64,000 nucleotides of DNA from Catajapyx aquilonaris (taxonomy: Eukaryota), in NCBI GenBank assembly GCA_000934665.2, contig KZ537958.1:124001-188000 (forward strand), written 5' to 3'. The position numbers and the translations under genes are program-made. Position 1 is the stretch's first letter. Each line of letters starts with the position of its first letter. Shown here piece by piece: positions 53,929 through 64,000 of this stretch. A model generated the notes under the pieces. The model did not search any database. It was given only the letters and a program-made list of their open reading frames with translations, and was not told where the DNA came from.

Positions 53929-56900
53929 GTTTTTATTAGAAGCAACTTTAATCAGTGTCACCAGAAGGCTTCTACCTGTAGGCGTTGTAGGTAATATTAC
54001 TGCAGGCGTTTCGCTAAAAACGGGAAGATAATTGCTGATAGTATACGCTTGGCGAAATCAATTTGAGACAGGTTGTAGAATAAGGTGAAGGTTGTCTCCG
54101 GGAGCTGGATTCATCAGAGTTGGGGAGGGGAGGCCTTTTCGGAGAAATTTAGTGAAAGGGGGGTCGTCGCTTTCCCTTCGGCTGAATTTGGAGAGAGACG
54201 AGAGCTTCCTTTCCACCAGTCAGACTCTAATTTGGACTTTGCAGTTTCTCGGTGACACGTAGAGTTTAGTCTGAAACAAACTTTGTCGAGACAGGCTCCC
54301 GAATTTAATTGACACTCGACTCCTTGGGAAACAAATGGAAAGAGAGCTGCAGATCGGCATCGAAAACGTGAGATACACTGGGAGCTTCCTTCAATATGAC
54401 GCCTTTTCAAAGGATTATTCTCAAAAGTGGGGCAATGCAAGTTCAGTGTTAATTATCACAGGCATTGTGTATAACTCGGAAAATCCTGCCAATTCATAAA
54501 ATAATAGAGTATTGAGTGAAATACTGTAAAGTGTGAGGTTCTGCGTGTAATTAATAATTAAGTTAGTTATATGATTCTCTCCTACTAGAAACTCACTATG
54601 ATGATAATAATCAGCCTGGGGGGTTATGCACGGTATTGTACTCTCTCATCTCTCAATTTGAATTTTAAAGTGTAACCTATACAGGAAAACTTGCTCTCAG
54701 GAAGTGCCACCCTCAGTAGGAACACTACCGTGTTTTGTGGTATCAGACAAAAGATGGGTCTGAATGCAGCTCACGAGGATAATGAACATCCTGCCCTTTA
54801 TGCTCATCGCTTAACTTTCAATACCCATTGTTACACAGGAAGTTTACACGTACAGGTTTCCAGAGCTAAGCCGATTATTTAATTAATTTAAGAGTCTCCT
54901 TGATCAGGTGTAGTCGTTACGACCCATTGCATTTTCGCCTCCAGGGTCGGTCTGGCGTTGAGAAAAACATTGAACTGTTTTTTTTGCGTTGAATCATCTC
55001 GGAGACTTTAATGTGCTCAATAATGTTGTCCTTTATAGCCAGTTATATTAATAACACTGTCGTACCAAAAGCACACGAAGTAAAAGTTGCGTCGTCCTTA
55101 TCTGAACAGAGCTAATATAGAAGGCAATAATACCACACCGACTATGCCAATCAAATTCCTCTGAAGGGATCTGCATCAATCAAATCCGCACGCGAATTCT
55201 GGTCATGATGGCTCGAGGAAATAAGACGGTTATCCCCATAGGTCAAATGCAATCATACATCACGGCACGGTGCACACGGAACTGGGTCGCAGGTCGCGGC
55301 CCCTGGATGAGATATCTTCCAAAGCAAATGAAGACCCCCAGAAATAGCCAGGCACGGTATCACGTGAACCTCGCAATTAATTTTAAAGCGCATAACTCAG
55401 TAAGCAAGTATTAAAAATAGCACAAAACTTTTTATCATCCAGTGCGATTAGCCAGGTGTGTAGTCTATGCAGGTTAGTAGGGACTATCATTTAATACAGT
55501 ATGTAGACAATTTGCGTAAATTGTATAGTTTCGCACATTAAACATTTCACGTCTTAATAATTACCTCACACAACCCTATCACCCCCAAACTAATGGCAGG
55601 TCAGCACTAAAAGCACAGGCTTCTGGCATGCGAAGGGTTCATTTTCAGGACAGCAACAAATGAGTTGTCCAAACTCGCCCCAACCTATTTTTTTCCCCCA
55701 TCCGATTATTACATACACGTATGGTCTAATTTAGTACAAGACAGTACTTGGCGCGATACAGTATCTTATCGGGCCTTGGTAAACAGCTCGGGCCATTTTT
55801 CCCGCATTAGGGCAGCGGTAAATCATCCCCTTTTATCTAGCAGCGAAAATGGCTTCGTGCTCGACAGTGCCCCAAACACTTTCGGTACCCGCTAATGCAA
55901 GTCTATCGAGCAAGGTTTTTAGCCGGGGTAAAACTCCATCCTAAAGAAGCTGCTGCCGCCATTGCCTCCATTTTTCTCCTGCAAAGCAGCTCTGGCCAAC
56001 CGGAACGGAATCAACAAAGCCATTGATCAGGTTCAAGCTCCCCGAGTTTTTCTCTGGCCCTAGACAGCCATGCATTTGAAGAATCTGAGAAAATAATAGC
56101 CAGAATTCCCACAACAATGCAGTGTTCGGTAGTGGTGGCCAACCTGCTCTTTTGCATCTATCCACACTTCATAATTAGTATTCCAAAAAAAAGAGAGCTG
56201 TCAATATTGGATTAACAGCATTTCTCGCATGGCAGAAGTCGACTCTTTGAGCTCGCACTCTCAGCCACGGTTAATTAACGAGCTTGTTTTGTCAAATTAC
56301 GAGCCTGTTTTTTAGCTTTACAAGTGGCGCGAAAACAAGGCTCGGTTTAAATTGCGTGCCTGGGAATTTTTATTTGATGCTATTTGTTAAAATTTTGGAC
56401 AGTATTATCTAACATAATTTATGGCTGAACATGTATTACTGTCGTCCAACTTGAAGCTGGTTTGCTTGTGTGCTGTCACATTTTTGCATGCAATATTTAG
56501 TTACAGTTGGCCAAAATTTTGTGTTTTGGCGGATTACACGATATCAAAGCTGTGGTTGGATATTGATTGCCTAAAAGAGGTATAGGATTGGAGCGGATAG
56601 TGAGTGGCGCCCGGAGCTTCCAAAGTTGTAAGAGCAATTTGCAGGGAGGCCCTTTTCCCACGACCTAAAGGCAGAAGAGGAGCCCACAGGAATCAAGCAA
56701 TTTAACTGCAGGCCTCCCTTGGACCATTGGCATTCGGCGGTAGATCCGGACCACTCCGGCTCGCCATTTCCGTCCCTGCCTTTTTCTCCACCAACGACGG
56801 AGCGGGAATCGTTTAGACGGCTGCCGGAACTGCCAATGCATTACAAGCCAGCAACCAGGCCAGAGGTGAAAACGCGCGCATCTTTCAAGCCTCCACCGAA

Positions 56901-59900
56901 TTTATGGGGCCAAAACCCCTTGCTGGGTCTGGTGTCACTTGGACAAGCAAATTTATTTGCAGGGTAAAATCCTATCCCGGATGTATCTAGGGGTTATCCT
57001 CCAGCTCGAAGTTTGAACAAGTGTAAACATTTTGATCATACTGCACACAGGGGTCGTTGAAGATGGTAATCCCTGAAAACCAAGAAGGAGTTTTTATTGC
57101 TCTTGCCTTTCACCATGTCCCTGTTGGTGCCTGCAAGCTTGTGCAAATTTACACAGACATGCTCCCACGGGCTGTACAGGACCCTTATATAAAAAGGTAG
57201 TTCCACTTTATTACTTGCTGGCAGAAGTTTCATACTATGGACGCATACTTGCAGCCCATACCGCAGTTCTGAGGATTTTTAGAACCCCAGTTGTCAACGA
57301 GAGCTTTCCAACGTGTCATCTCCTGACCCGCTACGACGCTATCCGCCTATTTCCTATATCATTCTCTAACCTCTGTTAGGGAAGGTGTAGACAATGTACA
57401 GTACACGCCATACCAGCAAGGCTTCTAAATATGGGGAGGAACAAACATGACACCTGCACGATCCTGACACCAACCGATCAAACATTTCGGGGAGCAGAGC
57501 AAATAGGAACTGGGTCAAACTGCTTATTTACATGTTTAACAGTAATGAAGTGCTCATGAGAAGAATCAATTTAGGCGCGCTTTTTTTCCCTCCCTCCGGG
57601 CGAATCATTTCACCGCAATTATAAAATTTATGGTAATCTTCCGCCACAATGTCACGCCGCTCGTTTGCCCATTAGAATTACTATTCTAGGGCCGGAAAAC
57701 CATTCTATGAGGTATTCAGCCCCCAAACTGTTAATAACTAGTGTGTGTATAGAACACACACACACAGTCAAATCCAACATGCTGAGGGTGCTTGCACTGT
57801 GCTTTCGGGTGTTTTTCTCGTGTGAACTGAACCGAGTATATTCGACTCTATTTTTTATCCGACTCTTTCCCACCCCCTGGCCGAATCGAGTTTGTCTCGT
57901 TGCATGTTTATGTGCGCCAAATCCATAATAAAACAACCGAGATTGAATCGATTTGCGGTTCTCCAGGCTGAGTCAATATCAATGGACAAAATCCGCAAGA
58001 TGATACTCCATTTTTTATTTTGTAAGGGGCCATAATCCGAAGCTACAACAGCAATGAATGCTCAATATCCTGGAAGAATCGCTAGTTTTTATGGTGTCAT
58101 ATTTGCGCGTTTTTTTCGTCCCGTTAACGAGCAGTGGACCCATCGCACTTGGTTTTAAATAATATAAATTGCATGGAAAAAAGTCTTCATGCAATTTCCC
58201 GGAGACTACAGTGCAAAATGGGATAATGTGGTTAGAACCTCACGTCCATTGCTCGGTCCATGAATATTTCATCTGCTAGTGTTCTCGGCGGATTAATATC
58301 GATTGCAACGATATGACGGGTATGTACACACTGTTTATAATATCATCATTTAAATGGGAAGGGAAGGTTGAAGTTTTGTTGTCGTTGCAACCGCGTGCTG
58401 GGTGGGAGGGGGGGGGGGGGTATTGCAAACTGTTGCGAAATAAAAGCGTCGCTTTATTTCTTGGATGATGGAAGCGGCTCGCTGGCTGCAGTAATGTTGT
58501 ACTGGAAGTGCGCAAATGGAAGCGAAATTGGGTCATTACGCTCGTGCGCCGCATAGTGTCAACCGTATTTGACAACAACTAGCGTTGGACATCCCCCACA
58601 GTTTTAAATAACCGGGCAGAGAACTTGAGTTTGATCTGCCTCGTTAAACCAGTGATTTAATAAGGCATTCGAAGGATGTTATGGACGCGGAAAAAAATTG
58701 CAATGCACACATTCTGCATGTTGTTTCTAAATTATGGCGCGTGTGTTCATTCAAGAGCCAATTTGGGTTCTAAAAGCCCCGAGGACAATATGGATTTGAA
58801 AATCTCGTGTTTCGTTGATCATTTTGATCGATCGTTAAGGGACACCAATAGCCGTATGCGTAATTTTATTTGGAATCTGATTAGTATAATAGTGTACTAT
58901 TTTGTAACCAAAATTGCGAATCATGAGAGAAAATCTGAAGTACTATCTATACCAAAGCTATCAAATTGAAGATGTCTCTTCCAATTAGCAATCTCACCTT
59001 CCAGGTAACATCCTGAAATATGCAAAATTCACTTATTGCGCACTACGTGATTCATGGCTTATTCTCTGCCAGCACAAATTGGCTGGGAGAGAACAGGCTA
59101 AAATATGCAAAGCGTTAGGCGATCAACGTCGCCACGGATAATGGAGCATTTTCTCGCCTGAATGGAATCGTCTTTAATGAAACTCGAGCACTGCTGGATG
59201 GGCTTGATGTTTCTCGCGTGTCTCCCATCAGCCCGGAGCGGATCACTAATATTTCATGAGCCAACAAAGACGGCGTCCCGCGTTTCTCGGAGCCAAGGCG
59301 AAATCAACAACTTGTCATAACCCACAGCACTTGACTCGCTCATCGCCTTTAACTTGAAAGACCTGCAATCGACATCGGGACACGCTGCTTTCCAGCAAGA
59401 ATGATTTGTGTAATGCAATCTGCTCCCCTTTTCATCCCTGCATTGTTGGAGGTACCCAGTTGCATTTCCTTCTCTCTTGAAGAAAAAAAAAGGAATGGAA
59501 GGGTATGGGTGGAGCCACACTCCTCCCTCAATAAATGGCCTTTTTCTGCTGAAAACCTAGCAGCAGATCTTGGGTTCCCCTTGTCTCATAAAAACTCTCC
59601 AAGCACACCAAACGGTAGCTATAAGAATGATTTAGACTCGAGCTCGAAAGGAAATGCATTTCGGTCTTTGCTTTTTCTCCCTGCCTCCATGCTCAGGCGC
59701 GTAATTTGTACTTGGATGGTGCTAGGTAAACAAATGGAAATAGAGCTAGGATGCATAGGTGGCTGGATTTTTACCAGATTTTTCTGAGCCTAGTCTAGTA
59801 AGCCTTTCCATAATTCTATCCTGTGGTACAATTGCGCTGAGTCTTCCTCCTGCTGTCTGCTCCTTTTTTTCCTGCGGAAAGTATGGGAATGGAAGGAAAA

Positions 59901-62374
59901 GAGACAAAGGCGCATAGTTTGAAGCAAGTTGAATTGCTTGGCGGAGCGTTTCAGCCACACGTAAAGCATTTTTAACGAGAGAGAGGGAGAATCTTTGGGA
60001 AACAGCCGGTTTCTCCTGAAAGTACTGCCTCCGTTGATATTTCTTTTTATTACCTCTGTTGAAGGTTTCTTCAGAAATGAAATGGGGCGCCCGGAGATGT
60101 TAGGAGGGGGGATGAAAGATGCCTATTTCTAATGGAAGGTGTATATAACACGGGCCTTTTACGAGAACCTTGCCTCGGGGTCTTTCTTACCCCTCTCGAA
60201 ATGGCATCGCGGTCTCCGGGTATTGACTTGTATTCTGCGTCGGTCTGCGGAGTCACAACCTCGCTTTGGTTGGATACTATACCTGACTAAGAAGGTGGTG
60301 CTTTATAATAAATGGGCAACAAATATGTAAGAGCCAATGTGCACGAAACACCATTTTGTATTAGGTTAGGTTAGAGCTAAACGATTTCCACTTTAAACGT
60401 TTAAAAAGCAGATAGCACTAGTACAGCGGCACAGAAACGAACTTGCTGAATTCATGTCTTGAACATTAAGGACCACAAAATTCCGGGTTAAAGTCTTTAA
60501 AAGTTTTGCGCTGCGGGCACTTAGAGCCGCACAAACTCTTACATCTCTCCGGAAGTACAAGTTGTAGTACCACATCCGACAAGCGGGTCCTAATTACATC
60601 GTCTGCGACATGCCCCGGACCCCACTTTAGCCAGTCAAGTTTACATCCGAAATGCCGCCTTGCACAAGAGATTGGTATTCTGAATGCAAAGTTGGATGCG
60701 AATGAGATGGTTAAAATTTATGGAGGCAGAATGGTCTTCTGCCTCTAGCCCTTTTTTTTCAAATCCCTGCCTGCTGGCCTTTATTATGCTGGCAGATATG
60801 AGGTTGAGCCTATCTCTACCCGGGCAATACCTACAGTACATTCATTTGGGCCCTACGTTACAGCACCAATCGAAATAGGACTATAATTACAGAGAACGGC
60901 GTGATAGACCCTAGGGAATCGATCTGCGGCCATTGCTACTATACTGCAGGATCCGAAATATTTTATACAGTACAAGAGGGCTATATTTTGGCGTTTGACT
61001 GTTCTTTTCAATCGTAAATGTTAGTCCAAATATTCATGCCAAAAACCGTGTGTTCAGGTGCACAACAGGGATATCAGATATATCAGGCCTATCATTTAAC
61101 ACAAAAGCAGAGATTTCTGCGACCAACTTCAATCGTCGCGTCGGTTTAATATTTCCATTTTCAAGTAGCATCAGGTGTAGGTCCGTACTGGTCAGTCCTA
61201 TGTTCCAGCACACTCATTACTGAAAATGCTAGCAATGCAGTGAGACATAGCCCACCTGCAATCCTGCAGATGAGACTCACCGTCCTGCGCCATAATTTGA
61301 GCGGCACTCAACACCTCGGCGAGAGCACCGAGCCAGGAAATTGCTTCAGGACCGTAAAGGCTGTCACTTGCATCGATCTATTTGCTCGCATTTAATTGGT
61401 ATCTCCGGATGTAGACTCCTTTGCATCCGACACAGCTCTCTTGTTCTCGCCTTCCTGCACACACAGCTAGGGAACTAACTGCAGCATCGCTAATGCTGCA
61501 AGGCACATCAGGAACTGGAGGGATTATCTTCCGGTCCTGCACAACTGTACGGCATCGTCTTACCTTAGTGCAATTTCGTGCACGGAGGACGTAATCAGTC
61601 ATGTGCCTGGAATAATTGGTGGGGGGGCGGGGGTAGGGGGGTTACTTTCAAGTGGTGAGTGTCAACCCAAGTTTTAATGAGATTCCAGTTTTGCTGGCAA
61701 TAACTGAAAGCGATCTGGTGTCGCAAATGTTCCCACATGCTGGAATATTGCCTACAGGGTGCCTCTTAAAATTTGGCCATTGATGGATTCCATGATCGTT
61801 GTAGATTCAGGCGTTACTTGTCTCGTTACTGAGGTGTTAATTAGTCGCACGGGGTATAAGCAGATTTATATTTTGGCGACAACTGACCTGCGTGTACATT
61901 CGGTAATTCAGCTGGCATCGGCGGTAAATACTCGTATTTTTCTATGGGCCAGAAAACATGTAAACAACAACGACGACGACAATAATTATGATTTTAATTA
62001 TTAGTAGGCCTACCGTACGTTGTCATTTCCAATTCCAATTTGTACAAAACTTACTAAATTATTCACTTGTTTACTATTGTTTTATTTGTTATAATTAGTA
62101 TAGACAACATAATTTCAACTATTTTATAATTAGTAATATACACGCACTTGTTATTAATTTTTTACGTACATCACCGCATTTCTCTGTAAGGAATAGTCAG
62201 CGATGAAAACGGAGACGCACCGATTATGAACCTTAACACATATTAAATCCATTAAACTAAAACAGCTCGGGAAAACTCAGTCAGTAAAATAAAATCTTCG
62301 CATAACCTAACCTAACGTTAGTTTTTATGAACGTACTTGATGTTTCAGTTTCACTTACGTGCAAGAAATCTGTT

Positions 62375-62397
62375 TTTGTTTGTTTGTTTGTTTGTTT
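62375..62397. repeat. (TTTG)n microsatellite
   Basis: About five TTTG units read directly. Confidence 0.8.
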
Positions 62398-64000
62398 TTT
62401 GCCATAATATAAATATTGTCCCTTCCCTGCTGGGGGGGCCTTAATTCGAGACTGTGAGAGTCTGGCAGTTTCTGTCTCGCCAAGCCTTACGGGCCCGATG
62501 TTTTCAATAATATTGCTTAGTAATAAGCTTACTTACACTTTAAGCTAACTATCGGCTGGTTCGTGCTGAAGATTTATACACCTGCCAGGAAATAACACTA
62601 CCTTGCTTTTGAAGCCCATTATGTTCCCAAGTCCGCGCTGGGTAAATTATTTTCATCTAACATTTACCGTGGTAGTTACCTGAGGTGTAAGTTACCTCCG
62701 GTGTCCAAACTACATCAATAACCATCAGGCAGGTTTAGTTACACCCACACATTGTTATCGCCTAGTATTTTAGGCTTTCTAGAGGGGACTAGAATTAACT
62801 CATCAAATTGAAACTGTTGTCGTGATTGTCGGCACGGCATGGTGAAGTGACGTCCATGGGTTTTGAAAAATGGCAGTAAAAAAAAGGCTGGCTGGAGGGG
62901 ACTAACGCTACGTAATTTCCAGAGTGAAGCATGCAACCTGTCGCATGACCAACTCGGTTACCCGCCGCGACAGTTGCACGATACGCTGTTTGAAAATGGG
63001 ACCGAACACGTGTTAAGGAGGAAATATAGCCGTTTGGTATTTAGTGGGCCTGTCGGAATATGTTAGCAGCGTTGATTCATGCGCCGCTTGCGTCCAATAT
63101 CACGAGTGCTATTTGATGTTCTGCCTATGGTTTTTAAGCACGGGAAGGGTTTTAATGTATATGGCTGTTTTCCTTTTGGGAGGAAAAAAAATTGTAGCGT
63201 GCGATTTTTCTAATCTTGGAGATTTTTGGTTCTGAACGTACAGCACGCTATGCCTACGTGTGTGATGGTAGGAAATCAGATAATTGTGTTTGTTTTACCG
63301 CTACCTGACGGATTCTGACAGTTTTAATTACCGCTATATCGTAAGCTTGTGGCTTATTGTGCGTCACGTTAACTACCTGTTTGACACTGGAAAAACGTGC
63401 CAATTGCCTCAAGCAAGTGAGGGTCTAGTTAGTTTTGTGGAGTCATTTTGGTTGGTTTCTCATCTTTCCAGTAGCATGTTCTGCTTTCCCATGTTTCTGG
63501 GGTAAACAATTATTTCGCTCTCATCTCCCTGTGTATGGCTAAAGTCATGAGCTGTGTACTGTTTTTATTCAAACTTGCTGCAAATTCGAGTTTATACTCG
63601 AGGGAGTTTACTATGGTTATAGAAAGAGTAACTGTATATTACATGGTGCATTAGCCTGAATTTTTGCTGTCCAGAGTATAGACTTGCATCCCACACATTA
63701 AAAAGGTGCACGTTAATAATTTATAGCTATGAAAATATCAGTATATAAATATATATAGCTTTTCAATAATTTTAGTTGCTATCAGTGTTGTGCACGTTCA
63801 TTTTGCGCCACAGTGATATATTTAATTGACCCACTCTATTATTAACGGCGTGTCAACCTTTTTTTCGCGGGGATATTGACGGGCGACAAAAACTACGGAC
63901 ACTGTCACCGATTCCCTTTTATTTTGGCATCCGTGAAACACGAAATATTAATCGTGTCACTTGAATTAATCAATTAAACAAATAAGCAGCGCTAATATGT

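Noticed and set aside
60361..62316. TTAGG telomere-type repeats (60361-60374 and inverted at ~62303-62316)
   Set aside because: Fewer than three units each; too short to call interstitial telomeric sequence or element ends.
1..64000. Conserved miRNAs (miR-10, iab-4, miR-993, miR-1, miR-8, miR-124, miR-276 and others)
   Set aside because: A by-eye search found only seed-length matches that do not extend; a miRBase or MirGeneDB search would be needed to exclude them fully.

Overview
This window is eukaryotic, non-coding DNA with no credible protein-coding gene, rRNA or tRNA gene, CRISPR array or prokaryotic feature. An invertebrate, possibly arthropod, origin is my inference from retained CpG and the transposon types. 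All listed ORFs are short, overlapping and unrecognisable. Well-supported features are two copies of a ~330-bp Tc1/mariner-type MITE (14497-14827, 22575-22904), a tRNA-derived SINE with a 14-bp TSD (14155-14480, minus), two related Helitron-like fragments, a palindromic 67-bp tandem array (53683-53928) and microsatellites. The most interesting signals are + strand splicing motifs suggesting the window lies inside a very long intron. One is a recursive-splice (ratchet point) motif, polypyrimidine-CAG|GTAAGA at 46751/46752, followed by a 56-nt cryptic exon. The other is a candidate 6-nt microexon at 17826-17831. Both are motif-level predictions that need RNA-seq.
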